A DNA stretch of 64,000 nucleotides from Octopus vulgaris (lineage: Eukaryota): assembly GCA_951406725.2 (NCBI GenBank), contig OX597825.1, positions 38,750,001-38,814,000 on the forward strand, in the 5' to 3' direction. The translations under genes were made by a program, and so were the position numbers. Within the stretch, counting starts at the first letter, position 1, and each line of letters starts with the position of its first letter. Positions 1 through 14,065 of this stretch are shown here, piece by piece. The notes under the pieces are model-generated. The model was not told where the DNA came from and did no database searches. It saw only the letters and a program-made list of their open reading frames with translations.

Positions 1-1
1 A

Positions 2-37
<36 letters not shown>

Positions 38-62
38 GTTATTGTTATTATCATTATTATTA

Positions 63-112
63 TTCAAATCCCTGAATGAAATCGAACTCGGAATCTTGGG
101 GTTAGTAGCTAG
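63..112 (-). mobile_element. short tRNA-derived SINE fragment ending in (AAT)n
   Basis: Minus strand reads CTACTAACCCCAAGATTCCGAGTTCGATTTC (B-box-like) and runs into the (AAT)n tract at 1-63. Confidence 0.3.
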
Positions 113-408
113 CCCCATATGCCGGTTACGCTAGCGTTTTTCAAATGTTTTAATGTTGGATACAATTTGGAGTTACAGATAACATTTCCTAGGTAACTCT
201 AAATTATATCCAAAACTCAAAATTGAGCGTTAGCGAAACGGATTATATCTTGTTAGAAGAAGAAAAAACGTATTTTGTATAATATCGTACAATAATTTTA
301 TGAAGATTCTAAAATATTATTTAGTCGTGTAAACGAAAACAAATCTGTGTTCCTTCATCTTTTCAGTTTCTTATATATATATATATATATATTAACGACT
401 GAAACAAG

Positions 409-483
<75 letters not shown>

Positions 484-675
484 TGAATGAATTATCCTAT
501 GTTTATCGTCAGCATGGAAAATTCGTTTAACCGAAACCTGGATAGCAAATGCACGTCAGAAACACGGTTGAAGCGACCTAGCCAAGGGTAGAAACTCCGG
601 GTTCATGTGCAGAAATTTGTGTGTTGTATATGAATAAATGAAAGAATGGAGTCGAATGAAGATGTTAACAAAATT

Positions 676-768
676 CCTTTACTCTCGACATATGTTTCGA
701 AGACAACATATTTTCATTCCAAAGGAATAAAGGGTGCTGTATGCAATCTTCTAATCAGGAAAGAAAGG
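676..768 (-). ncRNA. type I hammerhead ribozyme, minus-strand copy (core CTGATTA, G8 mutated)
   Basis: Minus strand: CCTTTCTTTC-CTGATTA-GAAGA...TCTTC-GAAAC-ATAT-GTC-GAGAG-T-AAAGG; perfect 5-bp stem II base. Confidence 0.65.
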
Positions 769-866
769 GAGCCTCTCTCGACAACAAGACAAACAAAAAT
801 TTCGATGACTGCCTACATGGTAAACAAAGCGATAATTTTTGTTTGTCTTGTTGTCGAGAGAGGCTC

Positions 867-959
867 CCTTTCTTTCCTGATGAGAAGATTGCATAATGCA
901 CCCTTTATTCCTTTGGAATGAAAACATGTTGTCTTGGAAACATATGTCGAGAGTAAAGG
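867..959 (+). ncRNA. type I hammerhead ribozyme (stem II closing pair mutated)
   Basis: Stem I CCTTTCTTTC (867-876) pairs GAGAG-T-AAAGG (949-959); CTGATGA 877-883; stem II GAAGA/TCTTG; GAAAC 937-941; palindromic stem III ACATATGT; GTC cleavage triplet 946-948. Confidence 0.75.
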
Positions 960-995
960 AATTTTGTTAACATTTTCGTACGTCTCCATTCTTTC

Positions 996-1057
<62 letters not shown>

Positions 1058-1068
1058 CATACATATAC

Positions 1069-1313
1069 GTAAAAAATACAAACTGGGACAATAACGCAAA
1101 ACATTTAGAAGACGATACAGAAAACACGGACGGGACATTCGAAGCCTTCAATCTTCAGTCAAGAACCGGATCATCCTCGCACAAGATTAATCAGCCGAAA
1201 TTGCGAGAAGGATCCGGTTCTTGACTGAAGATTGAAGGCTTCCAATGTCCCGTCCGTGTTTTTTGTATCGTCTTCTAAATGTTTTGCGCTCTTGACCCAG
1301 TTTGTATTCTTTT

Positions 1314-1316
<3 letters not shown>
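1069..1316. mobile_element. fold-back insertion in (TA)n, probable PLE terminus
   Basis: Inverted arms 1069-1181 and 1202-1316, 20-nt spacer; similar to 2966-3120 and 49068-49240. Confidence 0.7.
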
Positions 1317-1388
<72 letters not shown>

Positions 1389-2123
1389 CGACGCACGTAC
1401 CCTTTTGTCTTATATGTATATATATATGTAAATTAGAAAAAAAAAAAAACTTTTTATTAATTCAACAATGAAAAAATTAAATTATACCATATAGAAATAA
1501 ATTACATCCTATAGAAAAATTAAATATAAGATAAGACACATATACCAATGATTAAATAATGTGCAAGATAATAAACAAAACGTATATATTGGCTAAAATG
1601 AATACACGTGTTTCGTGGCTATATTTAAGAAATATATATATATTAGAGGAGGCTCTTAGTAATAAAATTGTAGCAAAACGGTTGTGCATCAGCATGGCTA
1701 CATCTCTCAGATGAAACAACATAATAAATATACATATATATATATTTAGATAGATAGATAGATAGCCACTGATATGCATACGTGCATAGATATACAAATA
1801 CATGCGTGCGCCTCTATACATGCGTGTGACAATGTATATACGTACAGAGAACGGTAAGTTCTAGAAGTGACGCAAGTGGAGAAGATTTCTTATTGACACA
1901 TTATCAGTTTGATATGTTCTACACACGGATTTCCCGGTCCTCTGTTCCCTTTTGAACCTTTCCCGTGTTTACAAATAGTCAAACTACGTATGTATTCGTA
2001 TACTGAATTTACCTCTTGTAGATTGTAGCAAACCCTTACAGAAATACAACGCGACAACGCACGCACACACACACACGCATACATACGCGTAGATACACGT
2101 ATACATATGTATACATATATATG

Positions 2124-2157
<34 letters not shown>

Positions 2158-2163
2158 AACATT

Positions 2164-2255
<92 letters not shown>

Positions 2256-2503
2256 TACATAAATTCTTTAAAAGTTTCTGGTGTGTTAACATGCTTGAAT
2301 ATATATACTTACGCTTATAAGCTATAGAAATATAGGATGTAATACTATCAAGAGCCAATGTATAACATGCTACTTTAACGGTAGCCTTTGTAAAAATGTG
2401 TATGTATATATCTAAATATATATATATCTATCTATTTATGCATGCATACAGGCATACATATATGAATATATATATCTTATATAAATACATATATATATAT
2501 ATA

Positions 2504-2542
<39 letters not shown>

Positions 2543-2781
2543 CATACATAGTCATTTACATACACGTAGAGATTACATTTTGTCAAATTAAAGAAAACCC
2601 ACAGTTGCTGGCTGAATAATTCGGCGTCAAAACGACCCATACATTCTTAAATTTAACTTAAGTATTGTAGTCATATTTAAATTACCCGTGTGAAAATTAG
2701 AGAACACAAATATAGGTATGTATATGTATGTATATATATACATACATACATGCATATATACATATATATACATATATATAC

Positions 2782-2840
<59 letters not shown>

Positions 2841-2965
2841 GAGAGAGAGAGGAGTGAGCACATAAATGCGAAACAAGGTAGAATGAAGAGTACTGAAATA
2901 CCAGAGGTAGAGGAATATGCTATTTCTGCTGCTCTTTAATTATATATAGGTACGTATGTATATAT

Positions 2966-3120
2966 AAAGAAAACAAAAAAAATGGAACATGAACATAGCA
3001 GGTGAGAAAAAATCATCCGGCCAGTTAGACGATACAAAAGACATGTAAAATGATGAACAGGTTATTCGGAACTTTCTATCGTCAGTCGCTTTCCAGTTTG
3101 TCGTTTCTGTTTCGGTCGGT
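2966..3120 (-). mobile_element. diverged single copy of the 1069-1316 family
   Basis: Shares AGAYGATACA, ATTCG, TCNTCAGTC and TTTCGG words; the last three are at the same spacing as in the other copies. Confidence 0.55.
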
Positions 3121-3129
3121 GTATGTATA

Positions 3130-3335
3130 TGTTTGTGTGTCTATGATTATCCCCCGACCATATCTTGACAACCGATGCTTGTGTGTTTATGTCGCCGTAA
3201 CTTTAAATTTCAGCAAAGGTAAACGATAGAATAAGTACTAGGCTTACAAAGCTTAAGTCCTGGGGTCTATTTGCTCGACTAAAGGCGGTGCTCCATCATG
3301 GCCGCAGACAAATGACTGAAAGAAAAGTATAAAAT
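3130..3335 (+). mobile_element. SINE family A, 3' half
   Basis: Matches other copies in the window (CTTGACAACCGATG...GACTAAAGGCGGTGCTCC...AATGACTGAAA). Confidence 0.8.
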
Positions 3336-3339
3336 AATA

Positions 3340-3778
3340 CACGCTGATGTGTAATGGATTATGATGTCAAGGGTGGCAAAGTGTATAGGTTTCTGCCTCC
3401 CCATGGATAACATTGGTGGTGTAGAGAGAGGAGGCGACTATGCACAGGCGACTGGTAGTCGTACATAAACAACCGTACCCGGAATTGTGACTCGGAGGTG
3501 AACATTCTAGGTGCACTCCAATGATCATTTATAACTGAAGGGTGTCTTTAGCAGTATAAAAGAATATAAAGCTAAAGACACCCTTCAGTTATAAATGATC
3601 ATTGGTGTATAATGTTCACCTCCGAGTCACAATTCCGGGTACGGTTGTTTATGTACGACTACCAGTCGCCTGTGCATAGTCGCCTCCTCTCTCTACACCA
3701 CCAATGTTATCCATGGGGAATGCAGAAACCTATACACGTTGCCATCCTTGACATCATAATCCATTACACAGCAGCGTG
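3340..3778. repeat. local inverted duplication of a SINE family B 3' half
   Basis: Arms 3340-3552 and 3571-3778 are near-identical and homologous to the 3' half of the SINE at 48427-48745. Confidence 0.85.
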
Positions 3779-4623
3779 AAACAATATGGACAACGTGCAA
3801 TAAATTTCTTGACCTTCTTTTGTTAATTATTTTGTCGTGTTAGAAAGAACTACGAAATATCTGAAATTACAATCTAATCTTAAAGCATATACAAGCAAAG
3901 TGGCACAAAATATTTCACATTACATACTCGTCTAAAAGAATATACAAGCGATGTGGATCACATTGAACTGAGTAGTTCTAAATGCACAGTGCTAGATATT
4001 AAAACGGTATGTATTAAAGTTGAACCCTTCCGAATAATATTCTGGTAAATTAGAGCTAACAGAGCATAAATATAATTCATAAACCTACATATACTTTTAT
4101 TTCTTAATTAATACGTTCGCTGTATACGTACATATTATATTTAGCTTAGTTTATACATACATAAGTATTGATACATATTTTATATATGTATATGTGAAAC
4201 ATGTATATTTATACATATATATATGTGTGAGTGTGGGTGTGGGTGTGTGTATGTATATATATATACATATATATGTATATAGATAGATAGATAGATAGAT
4301 AGATATACACACATAAACACACACACACACACATATAGGTACATTCGTGACAAATAACACGAAAATGCCTACAAACGTGCGTAGAGGCATTCACTTTTAC
4401 TTATACATATTAATGTTAATATAGTCTAGCTAGGGAGACATTCTACCTGCTAGACATAGAAGTAAATATTAAGAAAAAACAACGAGTAGATCAATAGCAG
4501 GACACACTGTATTACGTAGTAGGCATGTTTATGTGATTATATAGTCTTATATTGTTGTTGTGTGAGTGTGTGTGTCTGATGGATATATATATATATATAT
4601 ATATAAGATTTCTAATGAAACAG

Positions 4624-4713
<90 letters not shown>

Positions 4714-5072
4714 CTATGTATGTATAAGTAATGGGTTGGACAGGAAAGAACACGACATATATATATATATATTTAGTGTGTGCGTGTACGTACGTTTATT
4801 TGTTTATATATGTATAAAGAAACATGTACGTGTGTGTGTGTGTGTGTGTGTCTGTGTGTCTGTGTGTGTGTGCGTTCATCTCCATTTATAAACATGTAAA
4901 CATTCCTTTTAAGATTGATATTTAGAAAAACACGCACAAACAGCCTGACGGAAATATAGACAGACATACATTTCGAAAATCAAACGACCATATAATCGCA
5001 AGTAAAACGCTTTTGATGAAAATCGACCTGAGGCTATAAACAACGAAATAAGAACTTTTGATACACACATAC

Positions 5073-5160
<88 letters not shown>

Positions 5161-5161
5161 G

Positions 5162-5219
<58 letters not shown>

Positions 5220-5724
5220 GATGCATGATCTCAAGACTAACGTCGCTTCGCATCTACGTATGCATATACACACACACACACATGTGCGTGTGTGTGTGTG
5301 TTTGTGTGTGTTTTAAATATAGTCTCACGCCTCACATGTAGATTAATATAACATGAAAGGCATACTTACACGTATTTATATATTTCTTGAACCCGTCATG
5401 GTGGATAGAGAACTGCAACACACATGCCTCAACACACAAACAGACACACACACACTCACAGACGTAGTTATTTATTGGTTTCAAAATATAAGCTTCGAGC
5501 TTGTTTTTGGTTTTCATGGAACATACTCACATAACATATAAGCATATTTGTGCGCGCACACGCACGCACACGCCCATACTAGCACACACACATATTTGTA
5601 CGACTGCGTGTTTCTGTACTAGAGTATGTGTGTATATACGTGCGTGTAAGTATTTGCGCATGCAGTATAGTTATAATTTTATTGATAAATCATATACATG
5701 TGGCCATTCGTTAATCACATTTAC

Positions 5725-5790
<66 letters not shown>

Positions 5791-5874
5791 ATCATACTCA
5801 TATGTGTGTGTATATGTGTATATGTAAAGAGATGTGGGTGACAGAATGGGAGACATAGTAACTAGGTACGAGAA

Positions 5875-6183
<309 letters not shown>

Positions 6184-6641
6184 ACATTTTTGATTACTGT
6201 ACGTCGAACTACGAATATAGCATTAACAATGTCAAAACTAAAGGGAAAATTGGTATCCGTTTATTATACTATGTATTGAGTTGCTCTCTCATTTCATTAT
6301 TGACGCTATGGCCGAGTATTCGGTCGAGACTTCTTTAAAATATTCCCTAGTTGGAATCAGTGTTAGAAATGGCTTGTGCGGGTAAGTCAGCCACCGGTTG
6401 TGTCACCTTTTAGTTATATGTAAGTATGCATAGAAGTATAGTCCTGTTGTATTTTACACACATGTATTTCAAAATGTGACTGTCAAGTTTAAAAGATGGG
6501 GGACGTATTTAGGGAGATTTAACTACAAAATCTAACGGGGAGATCGAACTGTTAGAGGACTTGTTGACACAAAATAAGAGCGCATGTATGTGAGTGTGGA
6601 TGTATATGTGTGTGTATATATATAAATATATACATACATGC

Positions 6642-6692
<51 letters not shown>

Positions 6693-6725
6693 CATGCATA
6701 TATACATATATATATATATATATAT

Positions 6726-6785
6726 ATTTATTATATAGAAGGAGCTTCTACAGGACTAGAACTGTTTCATTCAAGAGAAATCTTC

Positions 6786-6787
<2 letters not shown>
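6726..6787 (-). mobile_element. 62-bp TA-embedded fragment with hammerhead-like words, probable PLE terminus
   Basis: Reverse complement equals 13241-13302 except one base (CTGAAGA vs CTGATGA); flanked by (TA)n. Confidence 0.6.
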
Positions 6788-6861
<74 letters not shown>

Positions 6862-8148
6862 ATTTGTATTCATCTATCTGTATATGCGTGTACATATACA
6901 CACCCATGTTAGTTTTTGAAATGTATGTGTATACTTATATGTACGTCTGTGTGTTCATGTGTGTGTTTTTGTCTGTCTGTCTATCAGTCTTTGTATACGT
7001 ACGCATGTATGTATGTATTTATGTATATAACCCGTTCGATGGGTCATCACACGATGTCTAGTCAATTTCACTTCTAAATTATGGGGTGATCTTTTCTGAT
7101 GAAGGACAGACTTTTAGAGTCCTTTGTGTTTATTTACCACTGTACCATGCCTGCATTTATGTGGAAAATACATACACATATATAAAATTCGTACAGAGGT
7201 TGCGTGTGTAATTTCATCCGATCCCAAGCATCCGGCTGTATATATAACTGATCATAAAACACACTTTGAATTTTATATCCTTTTCTCACCTTCAACTTAT
7301 AAAAGTAGTAAACATGCAGTGGGCTATGAGTTCAACGAATGTATGTTTGGTTCACTTACATGTCCTCCATCGTGCTAGATATAGAAGCTAAATTTCCGTC
7401 AAGCTCACATATTAACTCAGAAAGTTGAAGTATAGACCTGGAAGAAAAGTGACTAATCATTGTGTTCGTTACAGTAAGAATCTACCAGTTTGTAACCTTA
7501 GAGAGACAAATTGACCTAGGGTTAAAAAACAACTGCAAAAACCTGTTTTGCTGAATGTGTTTTTTTTTCTTTTTTGTCTGTGTTTACTCAAGCTGTTGCA
7601 ATTAGTGGCCACTATTCATCTAATCACACACAGAACCTAATATCTGAAATAAGTGAATTCCAATCGGTTAATATGGTCGACGATTCACTATCGCTATAAT
7701 ATGTGGCTTGATGACGGGTAGAATACAATTCAATCAAAGACCAACACAATCACTTCTATCCACGGTCCTCAATTTATCAACACCAACATTAACTTTCCAT
7801 ATCATTCTTAGGGTCAAAAAACTTCTCTTATCAGCTGACCAGGAAATAAATATCCATTCAGTATTGGGACTCCCATCTATTAGAATTCCGCACCCGAGTA
7901 GTTAGACGGGTACTACATTACCCCTGCGACACTAAGCTAGTGCTACGACTATAGATTATATTTAAATCAGACCCTAGCTGTGCTACAACTACATATGTGT
8001 ATATATTTTCAATGTAAACTATGCATCGTCTTGCTTCTGTAACATTGCCGTCCCTATTGACAAAGTTGTGATCGGCTTTTATTCATAGCAGCAGCTTCGG
8101 TAGTAACGATAGCAGCACCAGCAGCTTCAGTAGCATGAATAGCATCAA

Positions 8149-8209
<61 letters not shown>

Positions 8210-9153
8210 TGTAGTAGTAGTAGTAGTAGTAGTGGTAGTAGTAGTAGTAGTAGTCGTTGTAGTTTTTGCTGTTGTTGGAGTGGTAGTTGTGTTTTAGAAG
8301 ACGTAGCGATAGTAGTGGTAGTAGTGGAAGCATTATTTCTAGTAGTAGTAGTGGTTGTTGTTGATGTTGTTTTTATTTTTTGTTTCTGACGTTACATTAA
8401 AATATTCTTGTTCTTAATTCCATCTTTTCATTTCGAATCTATAAAAAGTAAGAAGAAAAGTATGTGGATTCGTGTGTGTGTTTGTGTGTGTGTGCGCGCG
8501 CGTACGTGCGTGATGATTGAAAATTAGTCGAATTTATATGAAATATATGTTCAATCTCCAACTATGTCAACTTTGCCAAACCAAAGTTAGGAGTTTAGAA
8601 GCTTGACTGTCGCATATAAATGACGGCACTTTCAAACAATTCCCATCTTTGTGCCAATATTATTGTCGAAGCATATCGAGATGGGTGCTATCGCCTCACC
8701 CAAGTCGCTTTGCATTGACCGTTTACATTTTCAAATACATGTTCTATTTTTCTTTCACGACAAAGTGTGATTTAGTTGCTATTTCTAGCAGATTTAACAA
8801 CCACTTAGAGAGTTTCTCGCCCTTTTTAGGTTGAAACTTTTACTAATTGGTGGGACGATTGATGGTTTGCAGGGTTTTTGATTTTTAATATTTTTTTGTT
8901 AGATTTAACCCCCTGGCCCAATTCAATAAACACAAATTTAATAAAGACATTCGTGCAGCAACCATCCTTGTCTTTTTCCCGATGTCCAAGGAAACCAGGA
9001 ACAAATCTTTCACGAGGGAGAGACGTGCTTTGTAGGGATTCGTCTGCTATTTTTAGCAGGTCTAGTGGCTCTTTAAAAATGCTCCGATGCCGTTCATGTA
9101 TCGGCAGGCAGTAACGGTGATGATAATATTAGTTGCAGAAAATTACTACTACA

Positions 9154-9234
<81 letters not shown>

Positions 9235-9235
9235 C

Positions 9236-9297
<62 letters not shown>

Positions 9298-9394
9298 GTT
9301 ATTATTATTACAATTATTATTGTTGGTGTTATTTTTATTATAATTTTTATTATTAAAATTATTGTTGTTCTTGTTGTTCTTGTTATTATTGCTA

Positions 9395-9453
<59 letters not shown>

Positions 9454-9702
9454 GTTATTATTATTATTATTATTATTACCAGGCGGAGAGTTGGCAGAAT
9501 CGTTCGCACACCGGGCAAAGTGCTTAGCGGCATTTCATCCGGCTTTACGTTCTACATTCAAATTTCTCCGAGGACGACTTTGCCTTTCATCCTTTCTGGG
9601 TCGTTAAAATAAATACCAGTTGAAAGCTGGGGTCCATGTAATCGACTCATCCAAAAAACAAAATTGCTGTCTTTGTGGCAAAATTTGAAATTACTTTTAT
9701 TA

Positions 9703-9764
<62 letters not shown>

Positions 9765-9777
9765 GTTGTTGTTATAA

Positions 9778-9808
<31 letters not shown>

Positions 9809-10526
9809 TATTATTATTATTATTATTAGTTAGTAGTAGTTGCAGCAGCAGTAGTAGTAGTAGTAGTAGTGGTTGTGGTGGCTGTGGTGGTTGTTGTAGT
9901 AGTAGTAGTAGTGGTAGTAGTTAATATAACAAAAACACCAACAATAACAAGTAATTAACGTTTCAAAAACAACAACAACAACAACAGCTACTACTACTAC
10001 TACTGAGTTATTGATCGCATGAAATTATATGAAATACTTGAATACTTGTGATAGGTTTATATACGTCTGTTTTGAATTTCTTTTCCAGTTCTAAATTTTA
10101 TGAATTGATTAAGTATTGCTGCTGTGTTTTCTTAGCCCTAGGTTAGGCCTGACTGAGCAGATATGTATTCAAAAGCAATCCAGTCTTCACAGTTCCTTGT
10201 TACTTGGGTAATTGGTGTAAACATGTCATGTTGATTATATTATAGGTTTTGGTGTCGGTGGCAGTGGTGATAGTGATTGTAGTAGTGGTGGTGCAATTGG
10301 TGATGATTATGGTCATTGTGGTGGTAGTGGTGGTGGTGGTGGTGGTGGTGGTGGTGGTGAATCACTAATTGTAAAATTTACAACTGTGGATACAACTGTG
10401 GAGTCATAGAAACAGCGTTGTCACAAGTTGTTAATGTTGATGTTCATGCTATAGTTGTGGTTGCTGTTGCTGCTGCTGCCACTGCGTTCTGTTGTTGTTA
10501 TTCTTGTTGCTGTTGCTTTTGTTGGC

Positions 10527-10565
<39 letters not shown>

Positions 10566-10660
10566 GTGATGTAGACGATGACGACGACGATGATGTTGAT
10601 GATGGTGATGGTGGTGGTGATGGTGCTGGTGTTGGTGATGACGATGGCGATGACGATGAA

Positions 10661-10691
<31 letters not shown>

Positions 10692-11008
10692 TTGGTTGCG
10701 ATGGTGTTTGGGATGGCTGCTAGTATTTTCATGGTAACAATGGCTGTGACGTCCTTTGTCATATTGATTAAATAATGATGTACAGTAATAACAACTGTGT
10801 ACAACTAGACTTCAATATAACAAAAACACCAACAATAACAAGTAATTAACGTTTCAAAAACTACTACTACTACTATTACTATTACTACTACTACTTTTAT
10901 TGTTATTATTAGTTGTACTTTTATTTTTATTTTTGTGATGACGATCACTAATAATAGCAATAATGACGGTGATGATGATGACAGCGATTTTGATGATGGT
11001 GATGATGG

Positions 11009-11073
<65 letters not shown>
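8149..11073. repeat. trinucleotide microsatellite zone: (TAG)n, (CTA)n, (TAT)n, (GGT)n, (GAT)n
   Basis: Tracts at 8149-8255, 9144-9478, 9698-9920, 10527-10690 and 10965-11073. Confidence 0.95.
9482..9690 (+). mobile_element. SINE family C (tRNA-like head, GCCTTTCATCCTTT core)
   Basis: Homologous to 33477-33684 (-) and 50752-50936 (+); flanked by (TAT)n. Confidence 0.8.
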
Positions 11074-11075
<2 letters not shown>

Positions 11076-13112
11076 GATTTCTTTATTAACCACTAACGGT
11101 TTACAGTCAGATCGGGGACGGTACATGACAAAACAGTACAATGTGACATGTGATATAATGTGGGGTTACATGAAGGCGCGTAATGTCTAAAGTGATAGAA
11201 ACAATGGGAGCGAAATTCCAAGATGATAACAACATCAGCAACAACAACAACAACAGCAACAATAATAAGTAAATAAATAAACAACAATAATAATATCCTC
11301 CTTCATAAAACCTTACAATTCAGAAGAAAGAATTGGTCAGAAGGATTTGAAAGTGGAAAAGAAATGATAAGGTTTTTGCTGTTGTTGTTGTTGTTGTTGT
11401 TGCTGTTGTTGTTATGCAGATCCAATTCAACTCCGAGGAACGACATTCGATGTCAAACCGTTACTGCAGCTATGACCAAACGGTCTTACATTTAGAGACG
11501 ATCCATCGACAGAACTGATATAGTTGTTGAATCCTTTGTGCGTATTTTGAAGTTATGTTTAAAATAAGACACAAATAATCAAATCGTGATAGTGATGATG
11601 ACGACAACTACGACAACGTAGACTGATGATGATCGTGATGATGATAATGACGATGATTATGATGATCATGATCCTGATTATGATGATGATGGGGTTCCTG
11701 AAATTGACAGAAGACCACGCACGGAGAAGCTATAGATGATCTTCATTTAGACGAACCATTCTTAGAATAAAAACAAATTTGAAAGTAATTGCTTTAAAAA
11801 TGGTTAATATGATTTATCTGTTTCAGGGTGGGTGATGAGGAAGAGAAGGAGGAGGATGTAGAGGAAGTGGAAGTGGAGGAGGAGGCGGAAGAGGAGAAGA
11901 AGCAGTAATATGATGAAGGAAATGAGGTGAAGGTGGTTACCAAAGATTTTAGAATGAACCTAAAATGTATTGGCCACAATGCGAAACCTGGAAAGATGAG
12001 AACACAAGAATTTCTAGGAAGATATGGCTCTTGGAAAAGGGTTAAATGAATCCAAAAATGGTAGATTATTTTATAAATATGTAACAGGAAGTATCAACAC
12101 CAAAATAGAACAATATTATATAAGCTACCAAACTGGATGCAGCATATGGCATTGAGTTATACAGAGTAATCTACATGAGGACCTCAAATTCAAATGAGGA
12201 ATCATATGGATGAGATTTGATCTTCATGTTCTTGCTAAAATCTAGAGCCGTATGGTTAGAGAATGACATAGAGAGGGCTCCTCATCTTTCACAATACAAT
12301 TGTGATTTAAATGTACAGAGATTAAATGCAGAATAGTGTAGAGAACAGCATCCACAATGATGTAAATAATGAGAATAATAATAACAATTCTATGAACAAC
12401 GAGAACAACAAAAATAATAACAAAAATAACAATAACAACAACAATAATAATTGTAACGACGACAATGACAATGATGAAGATGATGATGATGATGCTTTCT
12501 ATCAGATTATTTAAATACATTCGCGAAGACAAGCCTTTCAATGGTATAAAATATATACAATATATGCACCACACACAGAAAGGAAACTATATATACATAA
12601 ATACGCACATACATATATATACATATAATAAAATATAATACGATATAATATAATATATATGTGTGTGTGTGTGTGTGTATTGAATATAGATTTATATATG
12701 TTATTGTGTATTGTCCCCAGAGGCGTTATTATAAGTAATATTATTGGCATTATTCTTCTTAACACTTACACTGATAATGTAATTATCTGTGGTGTATTGT
12801 GTCGGTACTAATCTGTGGTTAATTCTGTAATCCATACAACTCAATAAGTTTTAACCTTCTCGTCCTAAGAAAATAATTATTTGCGATATACTGCAGCTCG
12901 ATATGTCACACCAACCATGACGCTGCCCACAGAGATACGCAACGAACTCTTCAAATATAGGATCCATTTACCAATAATGTCATTTACATTATTGCTATCA
13001 ATATACGATGATATGTATATTTCAGAAGTTTCTCTTCATACTCTTAGTGGTTGTGTTCCGTTTCAGTATTACGTCTTATCGTAAAATATCTTTATATCAA
13101 CTGCAATTGTAA

Positions 13113-13149
<37 letters not shown>

Positions 13150-13152
<3 letters not shown>

Positions 13153-13302
13153 GGTCCCGGGTTGATTCGGGGTTAACCACAGTAAATAAGGTACTCAATA
13201 CATAACAGAGTAAAATTAATTTATTATATAGAAGGAGCTTCTGATGATTTCTCTTGAATGAAACAGTTCTAGTCCTGTAGAAGCTCCTTCTATATAATAA
13301 AT
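13150..13302 (+). mobile_element. miniature fold-back PLE-like insertion with hammerhead-like core
   Basis: About 22-bp inverted ends (13220-13242 / 13279-13301) enclosing CTGATGA...GAAAC; left extension 13150-13219; (TA)n on both sides. Confidence 0.6.
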
Positions 13303-13451
13303 ATATATATATATATATATATACATACATATATATATATATATATACATGTATGTATGAGAGTGTATACACATGCATCCATATTTGTATACACTCTCAC
13401 ACACACACATATATATGTATGCATATATGCATGTATATACATATATATATA

Positions 13452-13518
<67 letters not shown>

Positions 13519-13809
13519 TTGTATGTGTGTGTGTGTATTATGCTATATTAAAAACGATTCTTCTTGTTGATTTCCTTATGGTCGATGTAAATACCCATCT
13601 TTTGTGTTCTGCATTTCATCTTTTCATATTGTCTTCAAAATCTAGGGATTTTGCACTCAATAAAATAAATCATCAACATCTTCAACACTATCTTTATCAT
13701 CATCATTGTCAATATTATCATTTTTTTTATTTCTATTGCCTTTTGGTATTGATGATGTAAATAACGTAGTGGCAATTGTAGTGTTACTGTCAGTAACATC
13801 AGCAATAAT

Positions 13810-14034
13810 ACGCAGTATTTGCCTTCATTGTGGTGTAAGATCCACTCCTGCCAAGTGAGAATTTAGCTTACATTCTTCTCAGGTGGATAAATATAAAGAA
13901 CCAACTGAATATTGTGCATGTGAAATCAACTTTTTTCTTCTCTCTTAATTCATGGCCTTGTGCCCCTGCCAGAATTTATCATCATTATTGCTTATAATAT
14001 TATAATTCTCGACATTATCATTATTATAGTAGTA

Positions 14035-14065
<31 letters not shown>

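Larger units (their letters stand above)
481..996. mobile_element. fold-back insertion, probable Penelope-like inverted pseudo-LTR remnant
   Basis: Inverted arms 639-801 and 834-996 with few mismatches; one-sided extension 481-638; (TA)n on both sides; each arm contains a hammerhead fold pointing outward. Confidence 0.75.

Noticed and set aside
7096-7123. CTGATGA followed by AGGAC...GTCCT stem
   Set aside because: No GAAA after the stem, so the hammerhead core is incomplete.
11930-12350. Possible LINE 3' fragment before an AAT/AAC tract
   Set aside because: No convincing protein motif could be read.
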